From: a bacterium
Lineage (GTDB): Bacteria; Electryoneota; Electryoneia; Electryoneales; Electryoneaceae
Length of the DNA stretch: 64,000 nucleotides
NCBI GenBank assembly: GCA_963669175.1
Contig: OY769902.1
Location: forward strand, 5,120,001-5,184,000
Direction: 5' to 3'
Shown here: positions 37,454-48,072 of the stretch, piece after piece
How the letters are laid out: every line of letters begins with the position of its first letter
How positions within the stretch are numbered: the stretch's first letter is position 1
Notes under the pieces: generated by a model
What the model saw: the letters and a program-made list of their open reading frames with translations, nothing else
Told to the model about the DNA's origin: nothing
Database searches by the model: none
Translations under genes and position numbers: made by a program

Positions 37454-40297
37454 TTACTGTTTCTGCGCCAGTAGTTTCGCCCGCATTTCCTTTGCCAGGG
37501 ATATGCGATCATCCAGGTGGTCATATTCGGCCACAGCAACGCAGGAGTCCAAAGCTGTTTCCGCTTCGAGTGGGCGTCCCATGTCCATCAAAGCCTGCGC
37601 CAGGATCAGGTATCCATCGGCCATATAGCCATATTCTTCCAGTTCTTTCAACTCCTGAAGAACTTTATTCATCTTCACCAAGCCGGACTCAGCCTGCCCC
37701 TGGCCAACATCACAAGCGCCCAGAAGTAAACGAGCAAAGGGTCGGACCCCTTCATCTACCTTGGGTTGCAAAAGGATAGTCAACGTATCCCTGGCCGCAT
37801 CATATTCGCCAAGCTGATAACGGCATTCGGCGATATTCAGCAGTACACGGTGAATCTCATCCGGCTGCTCAAGTTCTTTCCATATCGTCAAAGCCTGGTA
37901 ATATTCATCCAAGGCCCAGGGATAGGTTTGCAACTGCATATAAACATCGCCAACCCAACCGCGTGTCAGCGCGGTGTTCCGCTTATCGCCGATTTCTTGC
38001 CGAATGGTCAGCGATTCACGGTAAAAACTCACTGCCGGTTGGAACCTCCCCATACGACGATAGGTGGATGCGATAGCAGCGAGGGCATATCCCTGCTGAC
38101 GTTTCAGTCCCAACTCACGGTCAATTTCCAGGCTACGTTGAAAATTCTCCAGCGCGTCTTCAAAACGGCCCATGTTGCGATAGATGTACCCCATATTCTC
38201 AAGCGCATACCCTTCACCACGGGGATCTCGAGCTTCTCGTGCGATCTCCAGCGCCTTCTGTTGATACACCAGGGCGCTGTCGGGCAGCCCCATACTATTG
38301 AAGGTCGCGCCAATGTTATTATATGCCGGACGCAGGTAAGCGCCTATACGTTTTCGAATATCCAGCGCCTGCTTGTAATAATCCAGCGCGTCCTCATAGT
38401 GGCCCTGTGTATACTGGTAGCTGCCAATACTGTTCAGGGTGACACTTTGTCCGGCAAGGTCATTGATTTCACGTTGCAGCGTGAGTGCTTTCTCATACGC
38501 TTGAATTGCCCGGGTATAATCACCCAGCCATTTGTACACCACACCCAGACGGTTTAAGGTCGTGGCTTCCATATCCTGCGATCCGGTCTCACGCGCCAGC
38601 ACAACCGCTTTACCCAGGTACTCCAGCGCTTCCGGATAGTCTCCACGCGAAGCGTGAATGTGTCCGATAAAATGATTCGCAAACCATTTTCCCTGCAAGT
38701 CCCCCAGTTCATTGCTGACAGTCAACGCGCGTTCAAATAAGGAAATCGCTTCCGGGTAGCGTCCCTGTCGCAGGAATAGACTGCCCAGGCCGTTGAAAGC
38801 GGATCGATAATAAGAACGATAGGATAATGCTTCCAGGTAGGCTTGTTCGGCAGCATCAAGCTTATTCTCTTTTACCAGCACAATCGCATCCGCGAAATGC
38901 GCTTCAGGAAGGTCGGAGGCCAGCGCCAACGCCCTATCCGCACGGCGACGTCCCAGCGAAATCCAACGCGCATCGTTATCCCAGCGTCCATAGACCTTCG
39001 CATAGGCCGCCGCCAGCTCAGCATGAGCCAGGGCAAACTGGGAATCAGCCTGCACTGCGGATTCATACAAACGGATCACATTCTGATAGTCTTCCCAACT
39101 GTAGGCATTGCGTTCCGCATGGCGTGCCTGCAGGAAGAAGTCCGCAGCTACCGGATTGGAAGGAGCATGCAGCGCCAGCGACGCTTCCGTTTCGCCGGAG
39201 ATTCGCCCCACAATGGGAAACAGCATGTCACGTGCAATTTTATCCTGCAATTGCATCCGGTTTTCACGCGCGTCAGCATAACCAACCGAGAAAACCCGTT
39301 TCGATGTTTCCGTGTCGATGATTTCCAGTTTGACTGACAGACTGTCATCGGCTCGGAACAAGGTTCCCTGGACCAGAAATTTCGCCCCAAGGTTACGTTT
39401 GATCCCGCGCGTAGTACGGTTCGACTGGTTCAATGCCATGATGTCACCGAGGGGATACACATGCAACCCGGGTACCTTCATCAGCTTGAAGATGAGGTCT
39501 TCCGCCACACCTTCACAGATGTAATTGTTCATGGAATCGCCGGTGACATTACGCAAAGGCATCACAGCTATTCGGTTCGAGGCTATTAACGCAGAATCAC
39601 CCGGCGCTCGTTCGTAGCCGAACATCTCGGGTTTCTGGAAAAATACCAAGGTTAAAATCAGCATCACTATCGCGATGCCGACAGAAGTCATAAATCGGTT
39701 ACGGTACTTGCGTTCGGATTCCTTACGGTGGGTAAGTTCACGCTGGATCGCTTCCTTTGAAACCTGCGGCGTAACCAGATGCAGAACCTCAACCTTCTCA
39801 ATGACATTCTTCAACGATGTCGGACCGAAGGATTCAAAAGCGATGTCAAGGGCCGGTGAAGCTTCTTCCAGGAGGAAACGTGAGATCGTAATGCCATCGG
39901 TCAGCGCCAATGGTTGCAGACGTGCAGCGATGTTGATCACGCTCCCGAACAACTCATGGTCACGTTCCACCAACTCGCCGCAATGAATCCCAATACGGAT
40001 ATGTACTTCTTCCTGGGGCAGCACCTTTTGGTTGTACGCGGCCAGGTCAGCCTGTATGGCCATGGCACAAGCGACTGCCTGTGCAGCCAGGTCAAAGCGG
40101 ATCATGAACGCATCGCCGATACGTTCCAGCACCTTCCCGTTGTGCTCCGTAACCCGTCCGGCAACCATCCCGGCATGCATCTTCAACAACCGTATAGTGC
40201 GAGGTTCATTCTCAGCCATCATTCGGGTATACCCGACGATGTCCGTGAACATGATCGCGGCTCGTTGTTGACGGTCCTGTTCCGGTCCGGTCATCAT
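37454..40297 (-). CDS. Class III nucleotide cyclase - TM - TolB_N-like domain - TPR repeats
   Basis: 'FTDIVGYT', 'ERIGDAF', 'RIGIHCG', 'FGSVINIAARLQ'; TM segment; 'IAVMPLRN'; multiple TPRs; start could be 40315. Confidence 0.9.
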   Translation of the reverse strand: MMTGPEQDRQQRAAIMFTDIVGYTRMMAENEPRTIRLLKMHAGMVAGRVTEHNGKVLERIGDAFMIRFDLAAQAVACAMAIQADLAAYNQKVLPQEEVHIRIGIHCGELVERDHELFGSVINIAARLQPLALTDGITISRFLLEEASPALDIAFESFGPTSLKNVIEKVEVLHLVTPQVSKEAIQRELTHRKESERKYRNRFMTSVGIAIVMLILTLVFFQKPEMFGYERAPGDSALIASNRIAVMPLRNVTGDSMNNYICEGVAEDLIFKLMKVPGLHVYPLGDIMALNQSNRTTRGIKRNLGAKFLVQGTLFRADDSLSVKLEIIDTETSKRVFSVGYADARENRMQLQDKIARDMLFPIVGRISGETEASLALHAPSNPVAADFFLQARHAERNAYSWEDYQNVIRLYESAVQADSQFALAHAELAAAYAKVYGRWDNDARWISLGRRRADRALALASDLPEAHFADAIVLVKENKLDAAEQAYLEALSYRSYYRSAFNGLGSLFLRQGRYPEAISLFERALTVSNELGDLQGKWFANHFIGHIHASRGDYPEALEYLGKAVVLARETGSQDMEATTLNRLGVVYKWLGDYTRAIQAYEKALTLQREINDLAGQSVTLNSIGSYQYTQGHYEDALDYYKQALDIRKRIGAYLRPAYNNIGATFNSMGLPDSALVYQQKALEIAREARDPRGEGYALENMGYIYRNMGRFEDALENFQRSLEIDRELGLKRQQGYALAAIASTYRRMGRFQPAVSFYRESLTIRQEIGDKRNTALTRGWVGDVYMQLQTYPWALDEYYQALTIWKELEQPDEIHRVLLNIAECRYQLGEYDAARDTLTILLQPKVDEGVRPFARLLLGACDVGQGQAESGLVKMNKVLQELKELEEYGYMADGYLILAQALMDMGRPLEAETALDSCVAVAEYDHLDDRISLAKEMRAKLLAQKQ

Positions 40298-40813
40298 GTA
40301 CGACCATCCCTGCATGAATGAGGTTGCACGCCGAAAAATTCAGGAAGAATAGCTACCACCCTACAGTTACTTAGAATATGTACACAGCGCGGGTAAAGCA
40401 ACGGTGACAGGCGTCAAAATGACAATGGAGACGTGAAAAAAACAAAGAATAAGGGTGGCCCGATTCACACGTGATGAATTGCCCGCTCTCGTTTCGAGAT
40501 GGATACTGTGATGCAGCAATAGCCCCCACCGCAAGCAGGAGTGAGTCGGGACTGAACCCCAGGCTGATCGCATTCCCGACTTTGCCCATCAATTTCTGAT
40601 ACCAGGGGAAAGTCCTGATCTTTAATTGAAAACGACAAGCGAATCAATATCAAAACAGGGCAAAATCGGGCCAACCAGGCTTGTATGCACATGCCAAGAC
40701 GGATGCCAAAATGAAGAAAAGTGTGCAGCCTCAAAACCAACACAGGGCACACGCTAACCTGCCACGTGTACCCTGTTGTTCCCCCATAGAATCCAATCAA
40801 GGATTCCCACGAA

Positions 40814-43513
40814 TCACTTTATCAATGTCAATTTCCGTGTATCGGTCAATCCCTGTCCTGACAACTGCAGGAAATACACCCCACTTGACAGGGTTTCTCC
40901 GTCAAAGGAAAGCGTATGCTGTCCGCTGTTTGCTGATCCATTCAACAATGTTGCCACCCGGCGTCCGGTGACATCGTACAGATGCAGCTCCACATGCCCA
41001 GCCTGCGGCAGAGTAAAACCAACGGTAGCCCGGCTGTTGAACGGATTCGGGTAAACATCCGTCAGCGCAAACTCTGTTGGCGTCTCCACCTGCAGATCCT
41101 GTTCCGGAGCATCGGCGATATTGAACCACTCCATGATGTTAAACAGGACTTCCAGCCGTGATGTGGTATTGCTGGCGCCACTGACAGCCTCAAAGGCAAA
41201 CGGGAAATAGACCAGGTTGTAGTCACCGCTATACCAGAGTGCGCCTACGTTTGAACCACCCAGGTAATAGTATGCGGCATGGGCTCCGCCAATCGCCTCA
41301 ATCACATCCGGGTCTGTGCTGTTGGATGCCCCGCCCGGACCGACCAGTACAAGCTGGCTGTTCTCAACCACAGGACCGCCCGCATCTTCAATTGCGGTCA
41401 GGGCCATCTGTGTATTGCCATCCGCATGCTGTGCGTGCAGGTAATTGCTGTAGAAGGTGGTTCCCGCCAGTTGATCATCAATCTTCTGACCAAACAGGAA
41501 CACGTTTACCCCATTGTCCATAGCATTTTGCAAAGAAGCAATTTCCACATCGGAGAAAGGATCAGAAGCGTTTCCGGTCATCCAGACAATGGCGTTGTAC
41601 TCATCCAGCTCGCTATTGTCGGGCAAGGAGGTCAACACGTTGGTATCATGATGGAAGTAGGCGTAGTCGTAATCGTCCAGATCCTGAATAATCCAGTTCT
41701 CCAGCTCTTCCCCACCATCATCGTCCACCAGCAGGATGGGTGGTGTGCCAAGCATGATACGTTCCTGCACGGCGATCTCGTAGTCATTCGGGCCACATGT
41801 AATGGCGAGGCGAAGCATGACAAACCTTCCATTCACAGCATCCTGCCCGGCGGTGAAGCTGAGCGGCAGGTTGGTATTCAGAATTTCATTCCCGGCAGCC
41901 AATCCACCCAGGTTCACCTCCTGTTGACCATACTCAATCCCATCGGTCAGCACTTCAATCCGTGCGGTGACATCGGTCGCATCCTGCCATCCTTCCGCGT
42001 TGGAGAGACGGAAAGTAACGGAGATTTCCTCGTTGATATCCGGGTGACCGTTACCATCAGGATCGCTGATAGTCCACTCTTCGATTTCCAGTTCCGGCCA
42101 CAGGTTTTGCGTAACGGCTTTGTAGGCATTCACACGTCCTGTTCCGATGGGATGATCAGCATTGGGACAGGGATCAGTGGAATCGATAACACGTTGCCGC
42201 CAGAATTCGTTGTCCTCATCCGGGTTCATGGCAATCACCAGCGCGCCAACTCCTGCTGCAATCGGTCCTGCAACGGAAGTTCCGTCCCATGATGAGTAGC
42301 TGTCATTAAACCAGCAGGTATAGCACCCTTCACCCGGCGCAGCCACTTCGACCCAGTCGCCCCAGTTGGAGAAACTGGCTCGTTCATCCTGCGAGGTTGT
42401 TGCAGCTACCGAGATCACATGATCATAGTTGGAAGGATAATGAACTGTTCCGACTCCGTCGTTCCCGGTAGCGCCGAACAGTAATGCCCCATGGTTCCAG
42501 GCATACTGAATGGAGTTTCTCAGTGAAGTATTCTGCGTATCACCACCGAAAGACAAGTTAATAACCATCACGCCTTTGTCGGTGGCATAATAGATTGCCT
42601 GTGCGGCTGCCGACAGGATGACGCTGCCGATTCCTTCCAGTGGCGTATAGCCCGAACGGCTCGCCATGATCTTGCAATTATAGGCAACACCCAGGCCGCC
42701 GACACCATTATCTCCAATCGCTGCCATTGCCGAAGCGCACCCGGTGCCATGACCATCGAAGTCCATCGGGTTGTTATCCGGAGTCGGGCCATCTTCTCCC
42801 GGCGCGACAGCCCCGGTATGATGTACCCAGTCCCACCCGATAAAATCGTCTACCAGGCCGTTCATATCATCATCTGCATTGTTCCAGTCACCAACTGTTC
42901 CCGGTTGATCGGGAAAGCCCATGGCTCTGTCATAGGGATAGTGATCATCATCAATGTCTTCACCCGGATTTATCCAGATGTGCTCTATCATGTCCGGATG
43001 ATTCCAGTCGGTTCCGGAATCAATCGCCACCACGATAATTTCTTCATCACCGGAAGTAACATCCCAGGCCGCATCCGCGCTGATCTTGGTCAACCACCAC
43101 TGAAGACCAAACGAGGGATCATCCGGGGTATAATATAACGGCAACAACCAATCGGGCGTGGCAAACTCTACCATGTCGAGCTGTTCACATTCCGCCCCGA
43201 TCAGCTCCATGTCGCTGGATGACGGGAAGAAGAGCTTGTAATCATTGGCCAGCCTGTCCCGCCATTCCACATCCTGCAGGATATAGTCACCCAGGAAGGG
43301 CTGTACTTCGGACGCTTTGAAACGGCTAAGAATCCGGTTGACTTCGGGGCTGCTTGAGACCATCTCGCCTGTTGAAGTCGTGGCAAATTCCACAGGTTCG
43401 GTAAACCTGATCAGGAGAACACCGGGAACGTAATCGGAAGAAGAATTCCCCGCCAGGGAAATGGATGCAGCGATCAGCAAGACGAATAACACGACCACCG
43501 GGCAGCGTTTCAT
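40814..43513 (-). CDS. S8 subtilisin-like protease with T9SS-type C-terminal domain
   Basis: Catalytic triad 'IDSG', 'HGT', 'GTSVA'; 'YPNPFNS'; GAGGAG before ATG 43513. Confidence 0.93.
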   Translation of the reverse strand: MKRCPVVVLFVLLIAASISLAGNSSSDYVPGVLLIRFTEPVEFATTSTGEMVSSSPEVNRILSRFKASEVQPFLGDYILQDVEWRDRLANDYKLFFPSSSDMELIGAECEQLDMVEFATPDWLLPLYYTPDDPSFGLQWWLTKISADAAWDVTSGDEEIIVVAIDSGTDWNHPDMIEHIWINPGEDIDDDHYPYDRAMGFPDQPGTVGDWNNADDDMNGLVDDFIGWDWVHHTGAVAPGEDGPTPDNNPMDFDGHGTGCASAMAAIGDNGVGGLGVAYNCKIMASRSGYTPLEGIGSVILSAAAQAIYYATDKGVMVINLSFGGDTQNTSLRNSIQYAWNHGALLFGATGNDGVGTVHYPSNYDHVISVAATTSQDERASFSNWGDWVEVAAPGEGCYTCWFNDSYSSWDGTSVAGPIAAGVGALVIAMNPDEDNEFWRQRVIDSTDPCPNADHPIGTGRVNAYKAVTQNLWPELEIEEWTISDPDGNGHPDINEEISVTFRLSNAEGWQDATDVTARIEVLTDGIEYGQQEVNLGGLAAGNEILNTNLPLSFTAGQDAVNGRFVMLRLAITCGPNDYEIAVQERIMLGTPPILLVDDDGGEELENWIIQDLDDYDYAYFHHDTNVLTSLPDNSELDEYNAIVWMTGNASDPFSDVEIASLQNAMDNGVNVFLFGQKIDDQLAGTTFYSNYLHAQHADGNTQMALTAIEDAGGPVVENSQLVLVGPGGASNSTDPDVIEAIGGAHAAYYYLGGSNVGALWYSGDYNLVYFPFAFEAVSGASNTTSRLEVLFNIMEWFNIADAPEQDLQVETPTEFALTDVYPNPFNSRATVGFTLPQAGHVELHLYDVTGRRVATLLNGSANSGQHTLSFDGETLSSGVYFLQLSGQGLTDTRKLTLIK

Positions 43514-43963
43514 GGGACACTCCTCGTGTTGTCTCTTCCCTGGGCAGCAGGAAAGAACGCATGTGTGCCAATGGGGTATAAGGATCGGCTGCCTCCGCAA
43601 GCAGGGAGGTTTTGGTCAGCAAGCAACACTCCTGTACCATTTCCGGTCGATGGTACCCCGTAAGAAAAACGGGCTCATGAATCTTGCCGCATGCTCAACC
43701 GTAGTCAAAAACATGCGAAAAGATCACAAACATGGCTCCGGCAGCAGTGGATAAATCCACTAACCCCCGTGAAAAAATCGCAAAAACTGTTCCGGTGGCA
43801 ATAAAGAAGAGGGTAGAATCATTTTTTCATATAAATCATACTGTTATCAGCCATTCCTTGAGAGAAGAGTACAGGACAAAGTTCAATACGCGCCTTATCC
43901 TGTAGCGAAACAATACTCAAGATGTAGCATGTAGATCACAGGGCTGTGCAGATTACGCCTGAT

Positions 43964-44419
43964 TTAAGGCTGCCTGCGAACCAGGATAATCGTGCCTGCA
44001 AGGGCAATAATGATGCAGAGCGGTGAGTACAACTGGCGATTCAGTGTCATAAAAGGATCGAGTGAGCCGGCAAAAACCGGCAGGTAGCCAGCCAGTCCAC
44101 GAAGGGCGAAAATGCTGACAATGGCGATCATGAGGATCTGCCAGAGCTTGCGTGGCCCCGGCAGCTCCTTCTCCCACGCCCAGAGACTGAACATGACTCC
44201 CATTGCCATGAAAATCAGCCCGAAGAGCAAAGATAGCAACTGTGGCGGCACAGGACCGGGATCACCGACAAACGTGGACATGAACTGCTCGGCGTCATTG
44301 GCAGGCCAGAAGCTACCAAATCCCCAGACCACATGAAGCAATCCGATCATCACCAGCAGCATGGTGACAACGATGGCAATATTCCTGGATAACAACGGAA
44401 CCTCCATTTTAGACGGCAC
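43964..44419 (-). CDS. DUF3995-like membrane protein
   Basis: 'LHVVWGFGSFWP', 'LYSPLC', 4 hydrophobic segments; start uncertain. Confidence 0.75.
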   Translation of the reverse strand: MPSKMEVPLLSRNIAIVVTMLLVMIGLLHVVWGFGSFWPANDAEQFMSTFVGDPGPVPPQLLSLLFGLIFMAMGVMFSLWAWEKELPGPRKLWQILMIAIVSIFALRGLAGYLPVFAGSLDPFMTLNRQLYSPLCIIIALAGTIILVRRQP

Positions 44420-44519
44420 AAAGTACCTGATCCAGTATGAGAATAGTATTTATTCAAATACCGGTTTTCTGTGAGATTTCTCACACAGAGGAGGTTTCAA
44501 GGGTCAGCCTGAATAAGCT

Positions 44520-45845
44520 TCAGGCAATATGCTCCACAGCGTCTGCCAGATACTCATATCGTGGCGTCAGTTTCCCCTGGTGTGCGATGACAGCGCTCCG
44601 GAACTCAAGCGGAAGTTCCGGCTCCAGTTCCTCGAACGGCTTGCTGAAATCTGCCGCAAGCAATGCCGGGATATAGGGCGAAAGCATATCGCCGAATGCT
44701 ATCGTTGATTCCCTCGGAATTTCAGCGGGTAGAATATCAACCGTCATCATCTGCATTCCCGGCGCTTCAAACCCATCCGTATCTTCACGCGTTTCCGGAT
44801 TGATGACATAAACCGGATTCTCGGGCAATGTCGGCCTTACGGTGCATTCAATGGACCCGAGCGGATCGCAGGTGATGTCGCCAATAACAGTAAGCTTAGG
44901 CAGAGCCTCCTGCAAAAACAACGCAGACAGGTCATCCCAGGTGATCAGGCGCGGGTATTTGTCCAGCCAATATATCGCATTGACCAGCATGGTCAGATGT
45001 GGCAGATATTGGGTGAAGACAGAACGATAGTTGCCGGGATTGTCATAATAGTCCTGAAGTTCAAAAGTTGCGCCATCTTCCACTGGCTCAACCATGTCTT
45101 CTTCCTTGAATACGACAAGGTAAATGGTGTCGGCATCGAGAGTGCCCTGCGCCGAACGCTCCCTCAACTGTGCAGCCGTGATCTCTTCCGGCTCCAGCAG
45201 GTTGAAGATTTCCTGCGCGCCCTTGGACACACTTCCGTAACCTGCTATACCGCATACCATCGGCCCCAGTCCTGACGGCAGGCCAGTCTTTTTAATCTCA
45301 GCGCCAATCTGTTTGATGGATGTTTTGGCGTCTTCCAGCGAATCATAGGTAATCGCCTGCTGCAGGGATGCCAGTGCAGTGTCGTGCCCCTGTGCTTTCC
45401 AACGCTGTCCCAGGCTCCACAACGTGTTCACCATCCCGGCCAATCCCGCCTGCACACCGAAGAAAATGGTTCTGCGGCCTCGTTCGTCCGCGACGACTTC
45501 GTAGTCCAGCAAGGTGATCTTTTCATCCAGCACACGCTTCAGCAGGGGCATGTTGTACGGCTGCGCCTTGATCGTATGTGAGAAAAACAGATGCGGACGT
45601 CCGCTTTGAAAACGCTCCAACGGAATCTCTTTTACCCCTGCCATGAAATCAACCGGCGGCAACTCTTCCACCACCGTCGCACCGGCATCGAGATACTCCC
45701 GGTCCTTAAAAATCCGGTGGGTGGATTTTTCCACCAGAAACTGGAGATCGTGTTTTGCTGCAAGCTCTTTGACGTGCTGTGGCGCTAACGGTGCACGCCG
45801 TTCCTGTTCGGTTTTATCTTCTCGCCGGATTCCGATGGTGCGCAT
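44520..45845 (-). CDS. Lysine-ketoglutarate reductase / saccharopine dehydrogenase (AlaDH/PNT fold)
   Basis: 'IGIRREDK..ERRAPLAP', 'FFSHTIKAQPYN', 'IGDITCD'. Confidence 0.88.
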   Translation of the reverse strand: MRTIGIRREDKTEQERRAPLAPQHVKELAAKHDLQFLVEKSTHRIFKDREYLDAGATVVEELPPVDFMAGVKEIPLERFQSGRPHLFFSHTIKAQPYNMPLLKRVLDEKITLLDYEVVADERGRRTIFFGVQAGLAGMVNTLWSLGQRWKAQGHDTALASLQQAITYDSLEDAKTSIKQIGAEIKKTGLPSGLGPMVCGIAGYGSVSKGAQEIFNLLEPEEITAAQLRERSAQGTLDADTIYLVVFKEEDMVEPVEDGATFELQDYYDNPGNYRSVFTQYLPHLTMLVNAIYWLDKYPRLITWDDLSALFLQEALPKLTVIGDITCDPLGSIECTVRPTLPENPVYVINPETREDTDGFEAPGMQMMTVDILPAEIPRESTIAFGDMLSPYIPALLAADFSKPFEELEPELPLEFRSAVIAHQGKLTPRYEYLADAVEHIA

Positions 45846-45975
45846 GAGGCCAATTCCTTACTCTATCAGGTTGTTTCTTCACACTCTTTGTGCCGTGAGC
45901 ATGGTAGCAAATTGGACCTGCAAGAGCAAATCATTTTGCCCTGGAGCATTCTGAGAGCGCCCTGGAAGAAAATAG

Positions 45976-46446
45976 CCCGAACATTTCATGAACGAAACAT
46001 GGACAACCATCTTAACACATTTCATATCAACACATTACAACTGATTCATACAGCATTTTTCAGGGGACAGTTTACGCCGGTATCCCTTTGCGTGTCTATT
46101 TCCCGTTTCGCTGGCAAGATGAGGCTGAGTATCGGCAACCGCCCCGGCAGGGGCAACCTGTATTAGCCCCGGGCAGCCGCCGTCAGTTTGGCGGCTACCC
46201 TGGGAGATAATGCGCACCATATATTTACTCCGGAAGGAGTAAACTAATAATAACCATGAGTATACAGTGGTAGTATTTAGGCAACCCGCTGCCGGGGTTG
46301 GCAAGTAGCGTACATCCTATTCCCACCGTGAGCGCCAAACAGACGGCGCTGGACGGTGGGCTAATTCAGGGAACCACTGCCGTGGTTCTTGTACTGGCCG
46401 TTCCATCAAGTATCACATTGAAATTGCCATTGGTGAAATCTTCGGG
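45976..46446. mobile_element. MITE-A copy 3 (471 bp, TSD ATAG)
   Basis: CCCGAACATTTCA / TGAAATCTTCGGG; ATAG at 45972-45975 and 46447-46450. Confidence 0.9.
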
Positions 46447-46556
46447 ATAGCGCCTCCTCGTTGAGTTTCAGCAAGCGTAGCCGTGATCAAACTGAAAACA
46501 ACAACAGGCTGAAAGTAATGACAGTTCAGGTTGCTCAGCAGTTCCGATTAAGAACA

Positions 46557-46943
46557 ACGACAGGATTGATCAGGGTTCTTGCAGGTATACTTGCAAACAG
46601 CAACAGGATAGATCAGGGGTCTTTGCAGGTCCACCGAAGGTGGGCCACTTGAATAGCGCGGCTTGTAAGCGCCGGGAATACGATCTTACACCACAAGGGA
46701 AATCGGGACTGCTACTCCATTTCGCCAGATGGAATGCTACTACCAGTTGACGCAGTTCGATAAATCTCCATGATTATCTATTTCCGTGATAACGTATAGC
46801 GAAATAGGTAGCTGTCCCAGGATTTTCCGGATAATCTCTCGCAAAAGCAGGCGAAAAATCCGGTACAGTCACCTTTTCACATACCCTGGCTTGACTGTCT
46901 TGCATTTGTGGAAATGAAAAGGTGACAGTCCCATTTTTCGCCC
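46557..46943 (+). repeat. Repeat cluster: short direct repeat, intact REP unit (46629-46677), composite A+B repeat copy 3 (46698-46943)
   Basis: CAGGATWGATCAGGG..TTGCAGGT twice; similarity to 1735-1784 and 37156-37420. Confidence 0.8.
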
Positions 46944-47096
46944 TCACTGTAGCACACATGAACATTATCCGGGATTTACTCCGATTTTGCTTCAATAAAC
47001 CTTTTCATAACAAAGCTCCCTCCTCAGTATCCTTTCGAGAGGAATTCACCCTGCCTATATTCCCTTACAACTTTTGCCAAGACAAAGGATTTCACC

Positions 47097-47669
47097 ATGT
47101 CCGACAAGTTTATCTATATCGTATCCGGGTTACCTCGCAGTGGCACCTCCATGATGATGCGCATGATGGAAGCGGGTGGCGTTCCAATCATGTCTGACGG
47201 CGAACGTGTGGCGGACATCGACAACCCACGTGGCTACTACGAGCTGGAGAAGGTCAAGCAGATCAAGGAAGATGCGTCCTGGCTGCCTGAATCACAAGGC
47301 AAAGTCTTCAAAATGATCTCCATGCTGTTACTGGACCTGCCCTCGACCTTCCAGTACAAGATTCTCTTCATGAAACGTGAGATCAGTGAAGTGCTGGCCT
47401 CGGAACGGAAAATGCTGGAACGCCGTGGCAAGGAGCGTGATGTGGATGACGCGACCATGGCGGCCATGTTCGGTAAACATTTGACCCATGTGAAAAGCTG
47501 GATGGATCAACAGCCGAACGTCGACTGGCTGGAAATGGACTACAACGCCATGCTGCAAGACCCGCAACCTTGGCTTGATAAACTGCCTGGCTTCCTGCAA
47601 ATGGATGTGGATGTCGCCGCCATGGCGAAAATCGTAGAACCCGCACTGTATCGGAATCGGGGGAAGTAG
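47097..47669 (+). CDS. Sulfotransferase family protein
   Basis: PAPS-binding loop 'VSGLPRSGTSMMM', 'DNPRGYYE'. Confidence 0.88.
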   Translation: MSDKFIYIVSGLPRSGTSMMMRMMEAGGVPIMSDGERVADIDNPRGYYELEKVKQIKEDASWLPESQGKVFKMISMLLLDLPSTFQYKILFMKREISEVLASERKMLERRGKERDVDDATMAAMFGKHLTHVKSWMDQQPNVDWLEMDYNAMLQDPQPWLDKLPGFLQMDVDVAAMAKIVEPALYRNRGK

Positions 47670-47673
47670 ATTA

Positions 47674-48072
47674 CTATTGTTTGCCAGCAATTTTTAAACA
47701 ATATTCCCTTATTTCATCCTCAAGGTTTCCTCTAAACACTGTTCTTACATTATCAAAATCTTTTACTAATTTACTAAGATCTTTACTTGTGTCCTGAGAG
47801 TAAAAATAGATCGGTATTGTACTTAAATGATCCTCATCACGTATTTTCTCTATATAATAATCTCCATTCTTTGGCTCCATATGATAATCCATAATTATTG
47901 CTGCATATGTAAAATACATTAGCTTTTGTTTAATATCGTCTAATTCTCCATTTTCTACATGATGCACTTGTAATTCTATATCATAATCCTTTAATATTAT
48001 TTCTAAATTTTCTTTTGCGCCATTTACCCATGCTGCCATATCGTCTATCCACAGCAATATTATCGTCTTCAT
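47674..48072 (-). CDS. Single-domain response regulator receiver
   Basis: 'LWIDD', phospho-Asp 'IMDY', 'IYFYS'; ATGA overlap with the kinase gene. Confidence 0.85.
   Translation of the reverse strand: MKTIILLWIDDMAAWVNGAKENLEIILKDYDIELQVHHVENGELDDIKQKLMYFTYAAIIMDYHMEPKNGDYYIEKIRDEDHLSTIPIYFYSQDTSKDLSKLVKDFDNVRTVFRGNLEDEIREYCLKIAGKQ

Noticed and set aside
40600-40616. RNase P RNA (GGGGAAAGTCC resembles GAGGAAAGTCC)
   Set aside because: No matching 3' P4 strand or remaining structure, and insufficient intergenic space downstream
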